Origin: an uncultured Armatimonadetes bacterium | Lineage (GTDB): Bacteria; Armatimonadota; UBA5829; DTJY01 | Reading direction: 5' to 3' | Assembly: GCA_963717145.1 (NCBI GenBank) | Contig: OY970325.1 | Span: forward strand, 4,960,001-5,024,000 | DNA: 64,000 nucleotides | In this document: in pieces, positions 37,932 through 48,038 of the stretch | Layout: each line of letters starts with the position of its first letter | Position numbering within the stretch: position 1 is the stretch's first letter | Notes under the pieces: model-generated | Seen by the model: the letters and a program-made list of their open reading frames with translations, nothing else | What the model was told of the DNA's origin: nothing | Databases searched by the model: none | Program-made: the position numbers and the translations under genes

Positions 37932-40607
37932 ATGAAGACAGCACTTATCTTGATCGCCATGACAACGCTTGCGGCTATGGCCTGCAATGCAGGAGAGTGG
38001 GTAGGTAGCATGAACAAGGACAACGACATCCGCTTGCAGTCGGAACTGGTGGGCAAGCCGGTAGACATCGCGCCGTGGACCTACATCTGGCGTGCCGATC
38101 GTGCGGTCCAGGAGAAGCCGGAAGCGTATTTCATCCCGCGTCGCCTCGACCGGCTGGACAAGGTGTACCGGACGGCCTTCGATGCGCTACCTGAGCAAGA
38201 GTTGAAGAGCATATTCTACGACATGCCTGACCTGCTGAAACCGCTGCTCCCGAAACCGAAGGGCCGGCTAAGGGCAGGGCTGCTTTGGACCGGAGGATTG
38301 GTGGACTATGAGGTGGAACTGCATTGGCCCGCCGGTGCGATCCCTTCGCCGGATGCAGTGGAGGTCAGGGCCTATCCCACTTCGTTCGGCTGGTTTGGGT
38401 GGACCGTGGACAAAGTACTCAGTGGTCCGCAGATATCAGAGGACGGGCGTACCTGGACGTACAAGAGCGATCCTACCGCGAAAATGGACTCGTCGTACAG
38501 CACCCGGGTTCCTGCGGCTACGGAGATGGTGGCGGTGTTCTGCGAAGAGGATAAGTCCGGTGTTGAGCCTGCTGTGCCGAGTATCCGTATCGCCGGCCCG
38601 AGCATGGGCGTATGGAAACGGATGGACATAGAGATCGAATGGGGTTTCGAGACCGGGAAGAAGAAGGACTTCAGCGGCGGGCTCGAGCCCTACATGGCGA
38701 TGGTCGGCCCCGTGACCCCCTTGACCAATGCTCGACAAGGCATCGTCGTACCGCTACTGTATGCTCCCGACGCCCGCCCGGGTTTGGACAGCCGGATCAC
38801 CGTCCGGAGTGGGAAGTCCGGTTTCACGTTTCGCATCAGCGATCTGGAGAACGGGCCGATTCTGATACCGGAGCATGGTGTGTTCGTGACGAAAGCCGGC
38901 AGCGGGCAAACCGCACAGAAGTTCATTAAAGAATTGGCGGTGAGGAACCTCAAGAGCGTTAGCCAAATGACCCGCGAGCATCGTGAGGCTTCCTCGTGGG
39001 ACGAGCTTATGCAGGAGGTCAGGCTGTGGACGTGCCCGGAGGGAACGGCCGTGCCGCGGTTTCCGAAAGTGGACGAGCCTGCCATGCTGGTGCAGCTGCC
39101 TGACGAACGCTGGACGGACGCGTGGCGGGCAGCCTCGTTCCAGTTGACAGGCAAGCATATGTGGGGAGGGCTGGCGTTCGAGGTGGGACGCGTCGCCCAT
39201 GAGATGGATATGATAGGCCTGCATGAAGAAGCGGATAAAGTATATGAGCATTTCCTGAAGGCCCCGGGGGCGAAGTCCGACGGCGATTACTCGGATGGTG
39301 ATGGGGCACTGGAGTGGGCGACGGCCATGAGACACGACATGGGCTACAGCCACGATGGGACGCACGCCTCGACGGGCAGACTCCTGTTCGCCATGGCCGA
39401 GCGCTATTTCCTGACGGGTGATAAGGAGTGGTTTGGGCGGAACCGAGCCCGGCTTCAGGCGGCGGCTGATTGGATTATCCGGCAGCGGACACTCTACATG
39501 AAGGATGTTCCCAACCGGCAGGATCTCTTCGTCGCCGGTCTGATGCCGCCGCAGATGCTCGGCGATTATGCCCTTCCGACGTGCGACTGGCATTGGTACT
39601 ACGTAGACAATGCCTTATCTCTGCAGGGCCTACAGCGCTTCGCTGACGCGTTGACGCAGTTCGATCCGAGAGCAGGCCGGAAGTACCGCACACAGGCGGA
39701 GGCGTTTCGTAAGGACCTTCGCCGGGCGGTGGAGCAGGAAGCGACGCTTGCGCCGGTGCGGCTCGGGCGTGACGGCATGTACCACAGTTATATCCCGAGA
39801 ATGGCGTATGCCCGGGGACTGACCGGCCCGGAGTTGGGCGCTCCCCAGTTTCCGGATTGCGACAAGTTCATCGGGGCACTGCCACTGGCTGAACCATTCG
39901 CGGCACTCGATGCCGGCGACTTCCGCATGGTCGATACTCTGGATCTGATGGAAGAGATGGGAACGTCGGTCGAGGCCGTGCGGGAGAAGGAAGAAGCTCG
40001 GAGGCAGAAGGGCCTTTCCGCGGACGACGCCTGGTTCTGGAACTGTTTCGTGATCTTACCTAAGGCCTCACACAATGCCAATATCTACCTGCTGCAGGAC
40101 GATGTGCCGAACTTCCTGCGGTTCTGGATGAACTCCTATGCGTCGGTGGTGGGCGCAGATGGCAAGCTGTGGGAACACTGGCACTTGGGCGGCTACGGGG
40201 TGTGTGAAGCTCCCGACAACGGGACGGCGGGCTGGTTCATGGAGAATTTCCGCAACCTGCTCGTCATGGAGGAGGGCCGGTCACTGTGGATAGCGCGCGC
40301 CACACCCCGGTCCTGGCTGGAGCAGGGTAAGAGGATTGCCGTAGAGAACGCCCCGACCTACTTTGGAACTCTGGCGTATGAGATCATCTCGGACGCGGAC
40401 AACGGAAAGATCACTGCCACCATCGAGATACCGACTCGCAGTCCAGCCAAGACCATCATTCTGCGATTCCGTCACCCCCAGGCGAAGTCGATTAGGAGTG
40501 TGACGGTCAACGGCCGGCCGTGGAAAGGATTCAACCCGGGCAAGGAGATCATCGAACTGAAGGGATTGGCTGGGAAGGCGGTCGTCGTCGCCGGCTATGG
40601 ACCCTGA
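37932..40607 (+). CDS. secreted putative (alpha/alpha)6 glycoside hydrolase
   Basis: Intact 891-aa ORF with a signal peptide, YFLTGDKEW...AADWI..QR, GLMPP and LWIARATPR.WL. Confidence 0.75.
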   Translation: MKTALILIAMTTLAAMACNAGEWVGSMNKDNDIRLQSELVGKPVDIAPWTYIWRADRAVQEKPEAYFIPRRLDRLDKVYRTAFDALPEQELKSIFYDMPDLLKPLLPKPKGRLRAGLLWTGGLVDYEVELHWPAGAIPSPDAVEVRAYPTSFGWFGWTVDKVLSGPQISEDGRTWTYKSDPTAKMDSSYSTRVPAATEMVAVFCEEDKSGVEPAVPSIRIAGPSMGVWKRMDIEIEWGFETGKKKDFSGGLEPYMAMVGPVTPLTNARQGIVVPLLYAPDARPGLDSRITVRSGKSGFTFRISDLENGPILIPEHGVFVTKAGSGQTAQKFIKELAVRNLKSVSQMTREHREASSWDELMQEVRLWTCPEGTAVPRFPKVDEPAMLVQLPDERWTDAWRAASFQLTGKHMWGGLAFEVGRVAHEMDMIGLHEEADKVYEHFLKAPGAKSDGDYSDGDGALEWATAMRHDMGYSHDGTHASTGRLLFAMAERYFLTGDKEWFGRNRARLQAAADWIIRQRTLYMKDVPNRQDLFVAGLMPPQMLGDYALPTCDWHWYYVDNALSLQGLQRFADALTQFDPRAGRKYRTQAEAFRKDLRRAVEQEATLAPVRLGRDGMYHSYIPRMAYARGLTGPELGAPQFPDCDKFIGALPLAEPFAALDAGDFRMVDTLDLMEEMGTSVEAVREKEEARRQKGLSADDAWFWNCFVILPKASHNANIYLLQDDVPNFLRFWMNSYASVVGADGKLWEHWHLGGYGVCEAPDNGTAGWFMENFRNLLVMEEGRSLWIARATPRSWLEQGKRIAVENAPTYFGTLAYEIISDADNGKITATIEIPTRSPAKTIILRFRHPQAKSIRSVTVNGRPWKGFNPGKEIIELKGLAGKAVVVAGYGP

Positions 40608-40680
40608 ATTCGAGGATGCGACGCTGCCTGCCGGATAGCATCGAGGACCTGGCAATTATACCTGATTTGCGCCGACGGTA

Positions 40681-40709
40681 TTGACAGGAGGGCTTTATGC
40701 CAATATGAT
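40681..40709 (+). promoter_or_regulatory. sigma70-type promoter of the amidase gene
   Basis: TTGACA (40681-40686), 17 nt, TATGAT (40704-40709). Confidence 0.7.
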
Positions 40710-40797
40710 GAATACCAGGAGGCTTGTTGACTAGCCCCTGTTTCACCTGCAGTACTTGCGCACCATATCAGCCGAAATCGGCGAGAGGACATTCAAC

Positions 40798-43700
40798 ATG
40801 AAGAAAACCGTCGTTCTGCTAATCACGCTTGTTGCGATCTGCTCGCTTGCAGGCATAGCTTCCGCTTCGAACGTAGTATTCTACCTCGATGAGAACGGAA
40901 CACCCTATGGCTATCAGCGTGCGGATGCGTATGACGTCAGATCAGCGCTCAATCTGTTGCCGACCGCTCCAACACTGGAGGAAGCAGGAATCGTGCTGAC
41001 AAGCGCCGTTCCGGTCGGAACGGTGGTCGCCGATTTCGGCTTTGAGGAGGATACGGCAGTCGTCGCCTTCTCCGCGGACATCGTGGTAGGTCTGAGCGAG
41101 GCTCGCCTGGCGGCAATCTTCGATCAGGTGAGGAATACTCTGCGCCAGTTCGGGGTCGATCAGAGCATCAAGATGCTCGCCGATGGAAAGGCGTTGTCCG
41201 ACTACCTGCCGCCCACCCCGGTAGCTCCACAATCCATGGACATGGAGCTTGCTCCACCTCTGGTCGGCGTGAACAACCTGGCCGGCAGGATGATCACACT
41301 CTCACCGGGTCACGGCAAGCGATGGAACGGCAGCAGTTGGTCCACGGCTCGGCCGGTCTACTGCTCTCCCCTGAATCAGGAAGACTACCACAACCTGGAG
41401 AATGCTCAGTATCTGGAAACGTACCTGGCTCAGGACGGCGCGACTGTGAAGATGATGCGCTGTACGGATAAGAACTATGGGGCTTCACCCTGGGCAGGCG
41501 GTGAGCAGTGGTGGCGCATGGGCGCGTGCTACTGGTTGCAGCACTTGGGCTATCCAGGATGGGTGTATGGTCCGGGAGGAACGAATCTCGGCGAAGGAGG
41601 ATCAGACGATACCAACGAGATCCAGTCGCGGCCGCTTTCCTCCGACTATGACGGTTCGGATATCTACATATCCCTGCACACCAACGGTTCGGCAGGCGAC
41701 TGTGGAGGATTGAGCTGCCCGACCGGGACTTGCACGTACTATGACGCAGGGACCGAGCATGGCCCCTGGGGAGCCGTCAGCCAGGACCTTGCGACCGACG
41801 TGAACAATGCCATGATCGAGGCGATCCGAAACCGGTACCCGGACGCAGGCTGGTCCAACAGGGGCGTGCTTGATTCTAGCGGAGGCTTTGGCGAGATCAG
41901 GATTCCTGACCGAGCGGCCATCCTGATCGAGTTGGCATTCCACGACTCCTGCGACATGGATGCGCTCAAACTTCGGGACAACTTCTTCCGCTCGACCACC
42001 ATGTGGGCGGTCTACAAGGGCACGTGTGACTACTTCGGGACGACGCCGACCTGGGACTACTACTCCGATGAGTTCGTCAGCCATGACATTCCCGCCGCCA
42101 TGACGGTTGGTGAACGCTATACGGTCCATGTCACCATGAGAAACAGGGGCGTGCTCTGGAATGACGCCGCGGGATTCCATCTCGGTGCGGTCGGTGACTC
42201 CGATCCGTGTACGACAACTACCCGGCAGCCGATCAGCGGCGAGGTGAATCCTGGCTCGGAATACACGTTCACATTCCAGCTTAGAGCGCCACTGGCCACG
42301 GGAACTTACACTACGGACTGGCAGATGGTCAGGGACGGCTTTCAGTGGTTTGGCCCGACCGTTTCGCAGACCATCGAAGTCACCGGCATCCCCGACACCG
42401 AACCACCGACTGTCCCCACTGGTTTGACGGCTACCCCGGAGAACGAGATACGCGTCAACCTGTCCTGGACTGCCTCGACCGACGACCGAGTGGTCATCGG
42501 CTACAAGATCTACCGCGATAACGTCCAGATCGGCACCAGCGCGACGACCTCCTACTCTGATCTGACTTGTCAGCCGAGCACTGCCTACACATACGAGGTC
42601 AGCGCCTACGATGACTTCTTCAATGAATCAGGTAGAAGTCTCCCCGCCCTGGCTACTACTCCGGTTCCCTCGCCGCCAACCGTTCCGCAGAACCTGCATG
42701 GTACCGGCTCAACAACCAGCACCATCTCGATGGCGTGGGACGCCTCCACTGACAACGTGGCGGTCGTCGGCTACAGGGTCTATCGCAACGGTATCCAGGT
42801 GGGCACGACGGCAGGGACCACTTACACGGATACGGGCCTGAACTACACCACGTCGTATACCTACGAGGTCGATGCTTACGATGCCGTGCCCAGCTACTCG
42901 GCCAAGAGCACACCGGCCGTGCTGAGCACCCAGACACCTTCTTTCTACACATGGACACGCACGACGAGCAATGGCGACTGCTACATCCGAAGTGGCGCCA
43001 CCGGTACCACAGGCGACAACGCCGGCATACAGGCGGGCTGGAGTACGTCCACTGCTATAGCCGCTCGTCGCGGTCTCGTGCAGTGGAATATGACTGGCGC
43101 TCCGGCTCAGGCCGCGATCGTCAATGCCGGGAACAGTGTTCGGGTCAAGATGTACTGCTATCTTCGCTCATCCAACTCGGCGAGGAACATAGACCTGCGT
43201 AAGGTCAATGCGAACTGGACTGAGGGAACTGCGACTTGGGCCAACATGAGCGCGAACTACTCCGGGGTGTTTGCCACCACTCCCGTCGGCGCTGTGGGGG
43301 ACTACACGTGGTCGTGGAACGGATTCAACGCCGGCTTACCAGAGCAGAGTCGAGGCGTTCAGGTCTACAACCAGGCGGAGACTGAGGGCTCTATGGTCAA
43401 GATATTCAATGATTTGGAGAATTTTGGCGGCACCGGCGGCGCAACTCTCCCGAGGTTGGAGGTCGACTACTACGACATCGTCGCGCCCACTAGCTGCACC
43501 ATCAGCATCAACGGCGGAGCGGCGTACACCTCCGGCGCCGCGGTCACTCTGACTCTGTCGGCGGCGGACTTCCCGAGCGGCATGTCCCAGATGCAGTTCA
43601 GCAACGATGGTACCAACTACTCGGCCCCGGAGACGTATGCGACCGGCAAGAGTTATACGCTTCCCGAGGGCGATGGGCTGAAGACCGTGTATGTGAAGTA

Positions 43701-44646
43701 CAAGGACGTATCGGGCAACTGGTCCGCCCCCGTTTCCGATACCATAACAGTCGATACGTCTCCCCCGACGGGAACGATTGAGATCAATGACGGCGCGCCT
43801 TATGCGGCCTCGAGCACTGTGACGCTGAGCTTGTCTTCCACGGATTCCGCGCAGATGCAGTTCAACAATGAGGGCGGCGCATGGAGTGGCTGGGAGGCTT
43901 ACGCGGCGAGCAGGAGTTGGTCCCTAAGCGCGGGCGCCGGCGACAAGACCGTGTACGCGCAGCTCAAAGATGCGGCCGGCAACGTCACAACCGAGCCGAT
44001 AAGCGCCGACATCAGGGTAGTCGCGGATACCGGCACTATCCCGGCCGCAAAGGCGCTGGACAACGCCGGTGACAAGGAAGTAGCGCTCTTGAACAAGGCC
44101 GTTACTGCGGACTTCGGTGGTCACTTGTACATCCAGGAGCCTGGAGACGGATTCTCCGGAATCAGAGTAGACAAGGGCGGATTCGCGCAGGGCAGCTTCG
44201 TCAACGTGGCGGGGGTCATGAACCTGCTGAACGGCGAGCGAATCATCCAGAACGCGTCCGTGACCGCCGGAGTTGTCGGAGTAATGCCTCAACCGGTGCT
44301 CCTCTTGAATAAGAACCTCGGCGGCGCGAGTCTGAACGCGTACACGCCCGGCATAGCCGGACTGTATGGTCTGAACAACATCGGACTGCTCGTGACCGTC
44401 ACGGGCAGACTGACCAAGACCGAGAGCGGTTTCTGGTTCGTGGACGACGGATCAGCCATGCCATACGATGCGGTGATCGTCGGGATACCTGTGGACGTAT
44501 CACTCCTGAGTGCATCGAAGAAGGCTGAACTCGCGAGCCTGGATAACGTGGTTGTCACCGGCATCTGCCAGGTCGGTACGGTGAACGGTCTGCAGGCGCC
44601 GGTAGCCAAGCTGAGAGGCGACGGGGACATAGTCTACTACCGGTAA
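40798..44646 (+). CDS. secreted N-acetylmuramoyl-L-alanine amidase (GerMN, Amidase_3, NBR1-Ig, 2x FN3, DNRLRE-like, Ig-like, C-terminal domain)
   Basis: Signal peptide. Zn motifs SPGHG, EDY, ISLHTN and AILIELAFHD. FN3 repeats PPTVP.GL...WTASTD. Confidence 0.85.
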   Translation: MKKTVVLLITLVAICSLAGIASASNVVFYLDENGTPYGYQRADAYDVRSALNLLPTAPTLEEAGIVLTSAVPVGTVVADFGFEEDTAVVAFSADIVVGLSEARLAAIFDQVRNTLRQFGVDQSIKMLADGKALSDYLPPTPVAPQSMDMELAPPLVGVNNLAGRMITLSPGHGKRWNGSSWSTARPVYCSPLNQEDYHNLENAQYLETYLAQDGATVKMMRCTDKNYGASPWAGGEQWWRMGACYWLQHLGYPGWVYGPGGTNLGEGGSDDTNEIQSRPLSSDYDGSDIYISLHTNGSAGDCGGLSCPTGTCTYYDAGTEHGPWGAVSQDLATDVNNAMIEAIRNRYPDAGWSNRGVLDSSGGFGEIRIPDRAAILIELAFHDSCDMDALKLRDNFFRSTTMWAVYKGTCDYFGTTPTWDYYSDEFVSHDIPAAMTVGERYTVHVTMRNRGVLWNDAAGFHLGAVGDSDPCTTTTRQPISGEVNPGSEYTFTFQLRAPLATGTYTTDWQMVRDGFQWFGPTVSQTIEVTGIPDTEPPTVPTGLTATPENEIRVNLSWTASTDDRVVIGYKIYRDNVQIGTSATTSYSDLTCQPSTAYTYEVSAYDDFFNESGRSLPALATTPVPSPPTVPQNLHGTGSTTSTISMAWDASTDNVAVVGYRVYRNGIQVGTTAGTTYTDTGLNYTTSYTYEVDAYDAVPSYSAKSTPAVLSTQTPSFYTWTRTTSNGDCYIRSGATGTTGDNAGIQAGWSTSTAIAARRGLVQWNMTGAPAQAAIVNAGNSVRVKMYCYLRSSNSARNIDLRKVNANWTEGTATWANMSANYSGVFATTPVGAVGDYTWSWNGFNAGLPEQSRGVQVYNQAETEGSMVKIFNDLENFGGTGGATLPRLEVDYYDIVAPTSCTISINGGAAYTSGAAVTLTLSAADFPSGMSQMQFSNDGTNYSAPETYATGKSYTLPEGDGLKTVYVKYKDVSGNWSAPVSDTITVDTSPPTGTIEINDGAPYAASSTVTLSLSSTDSAQMQFNNEGGAWSGWEAYAASRSWSLSAGAGDKTVYAQLKDAAGNVTTEPISADIRVVADTGTIPAAKALDNAGDKEVALLNKAVTADFGGHLYIQEPGDGFSGIRVDKGGFAQGSFVNVAGVMNLLNGERIIQNASVTAGVVGVMPQPVLLLNKNLGGASLNAYTPGIAGLYGLNNIGLLVTVTGRLTKTESGFWFVDDGSAMPYDAVIVGIPVDVSLLSASKKAELASLDNVVVTGICQVGTVNGLQAPVAKLRGDGDIVYYR

Positions 44647-44670
44647 ACCTCGGCTCAACCGACTAACGAC

Positions 44671-44706
44671 AAATGCCGCCTGGTGAAAACCAGGCGGCAT
44701 TTTCTT
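44671..44706. terminator. intrinsic terminator, probably bidirectional
   Basis: aaatgccgcctggt-gaaa-accaggcggcattt followed by T-rich bases, between convergent genes. Confidence 0.85.
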
Positions 44707-44751
44707 GCGCGCCACGCCCGGCGGCGATTCGGCGGACTCCTGGTTGTGGAA

Positions 44752-47361
44752 TCATCGCACCTCATCCGCCGGAGAACTCGGCGTGGCTGTTCGTGCCTCG
44801 CTATGCACTGAGAGGCCGAGTGTGCCGCCCACTTGCAGCACCCCGCGCCATTCAGTCACGCCACCCTCGGCCTTTTCGGCACGGAATCCCTTCGGGAGCG
44901 CGAGATAGCGCAGCCCCTTGCCGGTGATCATGACGCCGTCGCCTCTGGGGTCGAAGCTCACGTCGATACGGGATCCGCGGACACTGAGATTGCTCACACC
45001 CGAGGCGTTCGGCAGGCGGACAAGAACCGGCGCGCCGTCCCCGTACATGATGCCGTTGTGCCACAGTGAGGCGTCGATGATGCTCGCTGCCCCAAAGATC
45101 GATGGAGCGACGCCTATCGGGCGCGGCGGGTACGCGTCCTGGTTGTACCATTCGGAGAACTCCCCGGCGGCGACGATGTCGCGCATGATCGACTCGGCGT
45201 ACTGGGCCGTCTCCTGCACGAGACCATACTGCCATGCGCCTCTCAGGGTGTAGCTCATGCTCGGATGTTTGCTGAGATTCCAGATCATGAACGGCGTCTC
45301 CGAGCTGAGGCTCGACTTGAAGAGCTTGACCAGGCTGTCCTTCTCGGGCTGTTGAAGGATGCCTATGGGCAGCACGATGGCTGGGACTGACCACGCGTTG
45401 TCAGGCGCGGCCCGCTGCTTCGTCTGATCATCGTAGATGCGATAGACCGGACCTCCCGGCGTCTCCCAGAACCATTGCCGGAACTTGCCCGCAAGCTCCA
45501 CAGTCTGCGCCTGCCAGTACTTGGACTCCTGGGGCATTCCCAGAGCATCCGTGATGTAACCGGCATACCGCATGTCCATGAGGTCGTGAACGACGAACTC
45601 GATGTCTTTCATCCCGGGCGAGGTGAGGCCCTTGAAGATCCAGCGGGGATCGTCGATCTTCCACTGAAGCAGGCGCTTGATGGCCGGGTAGCATTTCCGC
45701 AGGCGCTCCTTGTCCGGAGTCTCCGAGTACAGCGTCCAGGCCACCTGTGCATGGCGCGACGGGAGTCCCTCTCCTCCCATAGTCCCGTTTGCGTCCACCA
45801 GTGACATCATGCCCTCGAACGCCCGCCAAGTCGTCTCGGAATCGATGCAGGCGTAGAACAGCATGGCGATCATGCTTTCCCACTGAGCGGAGGCGCGTGA
45901 CTTGGGGTGACCCTCGGCCCAGAGCGAGGGCTTGCCGGCTGCCAACTGCGGGTACGGATAGCCATTCTCGGGCATCGGCGGCAGGACATTCGCCGCCAGA
46001 AAGACCCATGCGCGGTAGTAGGTGCGCCTGATCTGCTCGGGAGTGACGCCTCGGTACTTCATGAGATGCAGATCGAAGTCCGCCGGACGCGGCGCGCGGC
46101 TGAGCATCGTGTTCCAGGTCGCCTCCCGTTCCTGCAGGGATTTCTTGAGAGCAGGGACCTCCGCCATTCCCGCCGCCTGCGAGACCAGATCCGCAGTCGC
46201 TCCGGTACCAGGGGCAAATCGCGCGACAACGGCGATATCGTCGCCGGACTTCACTCCGTCGAGGGCCAGCGCCCACGTGCCCTCGGCGACATCAGGGCTG
46301 AGGTCGCCGGTCAGTGCCTTCACAGGTGAAGTCGCCGCCCCCAGCCATCTCGCAGGTCTGTTCAACGCAATCACGGCGCGCAGTCGCTCGGACGCGAGTA
46401 CCAATGCCTGACGTTTGCCATCCCATCGAACGCTGCCGTCCGGGAAGCAGCCTCGCAGGATAAGCGACGTGGAGGACGCCCGGCTGATGTGGATCATCTG
46501 CGCGACGGTCGATTCGTCGGGGAAGAATGTCGTGGTCTGCAGATCGAGCCGTATCTCGGGGCACTCGGCCTCGCAGACGATCTCATGCGGCGCCCAGACG
46601 GTGCGCTTCAGTGACAGCGTGGGGAAGTCGCTGCTCAAACCGACCCACCGGAGTGTCGAGCAGTCGATGCTCGCGCCGGGCTCTCCAACCACGAAGAGCT
46701 TAACGGCTAGCTTCTTCTTCCCGTGCCAGCCGGTGACGGCGCGCACATCGGCCGCGAAATCTCCGGAGTCCGCGGTGTCGCCTTTCAGGTACGTATCGGC
46801 GGCTTGCGTACCATCGCTCACCTTGAGCGCCCATCGCGATCCGTCATGGCTTTGGACACTGAACAGGAGATACGGAGTCTCATCCAGATCAACCGTAAGT
46901 GTCCCCGCAACGTGTCCGAAACTCCGGCCACTGAGGGTCACGTGAACCCCGGACTCGGCGAAATCGGCGCTGACATCCTGGTTGTGCCAGGCAATCGGCT
47001 TGCCTCTCAGCAGATCGATCGATCTCCCAACGATCCCTGTGGAAGAATCGACCCCTTTCCTTGAGGGCTGCCATGACCAGAACATCGGCAGCTTCACCGG
47101 CTCATCTCCGCCGACCCAATAGGCAAGGTTCACGGGCAGCGCGGGTCCGAATCCCTCGGCAATCGGCGATTTCATGGGGAGGAAGTCATATCCCCCGGCG
47201 GGATTGATGACCAGTCGGCTCTGCGGAATGCTGAGCCATCGAGGCCCGTTGATCGATTCCCGCAGCATCCGACAATCGATCTTCTGCGGCGAACCTGCAA
47301 CGGAAGGCATGCTAAAGATGAGAAGGGCAGCGGCGGCGAGGAGTGCGCATTTGATGACCAT
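44752..47361 (-). CDS. secreted putative glycoside hydrolase with (alpha/alpha)6 C-terminus (GH63/trehalase-like)
   Basis: 869-aa ORF with a signal peptide, GKPSLW, AQWES and GEFSEWY. Confidence 0.6.
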   Translation of the reverse strand: MVIKCALLAAAALLIFSMPSVAGSPQKIDCRMLRESINGPRWLSIPQSRLVINPAGGYDFLPMKSPIAEGFGPALPVNLAYWVGGDEPVKLPMFWSWQPSRKGVDSSTGIVGRSIDLLRGKPIAWHNQDVSADFAESGVHVTLSGRSFGHVAGTLTVDLDETPYLLFSVQSHDGSRWALKVSDGTQAADTYLKGDTADSGDFAADVRAVTGWHGKKKLAVKLFVVGEPGASIDCSTLRWVGLSSDFPTLSLKRTVWAPHEIVCEAECPEIRLDLQTTTFFPDESTVAQMIHISRASSTSLILRGCFPDGSVRWDGKRQALVLASERLRAVIALNRPARWLGAATSPVKALTGDLSPDVAEGTWALALDGVKSGDDIAVVARFAPGTGATADLVSQAAGMAEVPALKKSLQEREATWNTMLSRAPRPADFDLHLMKYRGVTPEQIRRTYYRAWVFLAANVLPPMPENGYPYPQLAAGKPSLWAEGHPKSRASAQWESMIAMLFYACIDSETTWRAFEGMMSLVDANGTMGGEGLPSRHAQVAWTLYSETPDKERLRKCYPAIKRLLQWKIDDPRWIFKGLTSPGMKDIEFVVHDLMDMRYAGYITDALGMPQESKYWQAQTVELAGKFRQWFWETPGGPVYRIYDDQTKQRAAPDNAWSVPAIVLPIGILQQPEKDSLVKLFKSSLSSETPFMIWNLSKHPSMSYTLRGAWQYGLVQETAQYAESIMRDIVAAGEFSEWYNQDAYPPRPIGVAPSIFGAASIIDASLWHNGIMYGDGAPVLVRLPNASGVSNLSVRGSRIDVSFDPRGDGVMITGKGLRYLALPKGFRAEKAEGGVTEWRGVLQVGGTLGLSVHSEARTATPSSPADEVR

Positions 47362-47464
47362 TATTCTTGTTTGACTCCCATGGATGACTCACTGTGCGTT
47401 TCTTCGCGATTGGCTGCACTTCCTCTTCCACGTCGGGCTGGGGTACTTTGCCCTTGAGAAAGTG

Positions 47465-47498
47465 CGATCCCCTGACGACTCCCGTCGTCAGGGGATCG
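47465..47498. repeat. 15-bp perfect hairpin (REP-like)
   Basis: cgatcccctgacgac-tccc-gtcgtcaggggatcg. Confidence 0.85.
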
Positions 47499-47550
47499 TG
47501 CTTTGCCATCCGCTCTCGGGCTTGTCGGCAAAAGTCTTTTCGGAAAGAGT

Positions 47551-47668
47551 TCACGATCAAGGATAGTGGTTGTCATTCTGAGCGAAGTGAAGAATCTGGC
47601 CGAGCGCAGACAGATTCTTCACTTCGCTCAGAATGACATCCGCGAAGCGAAAGTATCAATGATCGTGA
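47551..47668. repeat. nested palindromic element: 28-bp perfect inverted repeat inside a 9-bp outer inverted repeat
   Basis: tgtcattctgagcgaagtgaagaatctg (47571-47598) pairs with 47611-47638. The outer pair is tcacgatca / tgatcgtga. Confidence 0.85.
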
Positions 47669-47686
47669 GTTTTTTTTCGCAAAGTG

Positions 47687-47740
47687 TTGACAAACCGGAC
47701 AAGATGGGGTATAACTATACCATACCCCGGTAGGGTATGG
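47687..47740 (+). promoter_or_regulatory. sigma70 promoter plus CsoR-family operator
   Basis: TTGACA (47687-47692), 17 nt, TATAAC (47710-47715). Palindrome ccataccc-cggta-gggtatgg (47720-47740) matches the TAC-C-tract...G-tract-GTA CsoR/CstR box. Confidence 0.8.
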
Positions 47741-47751
47741 AGGATCATGTC

Positions 47752-48024
47752 ATGTCAGAGAAGGACGAGTTGTTGGCGCGATTGCGCAAAGTCGAAGGCC
47801 AGATAAGAGGCCTTCAGAAGATGATCGAAGAGGAACGCGCATGTTCCGACGTGATCACACAGGTTGTTGCCGCGAGCAAAGCATTGGACAAGGTCGGATT
47901 CATGGTGGTGAGTCACAGCGTGCAGGATTGCGCGACTCGGAGCATGGCGACGGGCGAGGAACCGACCGCCGCTCTGGGCGATGCCATCAAGACGCTGATC
48001 GATCTCGCCAAGCGGGGACTATAG
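47752..48024 (+). CDS. csoR: CsoR/RcnR-family repressor, possibly CstR-like
   Basis: RLRKVEGQIRGLQKMIEE.R.C.DV..Q motif, with a second Cys in SVQDC. Confidence 0.88.
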   Translation: MSEKDELLARLRKVEGQIRGLQKMIEEERACSDVITQVVAASKALDKVGFMVVSHSVQDCATRSMATGEEPTAALGDAIKTLIDLAKRGL

Positions 48025-48038
48025 CAGGGGGTGTCTCG

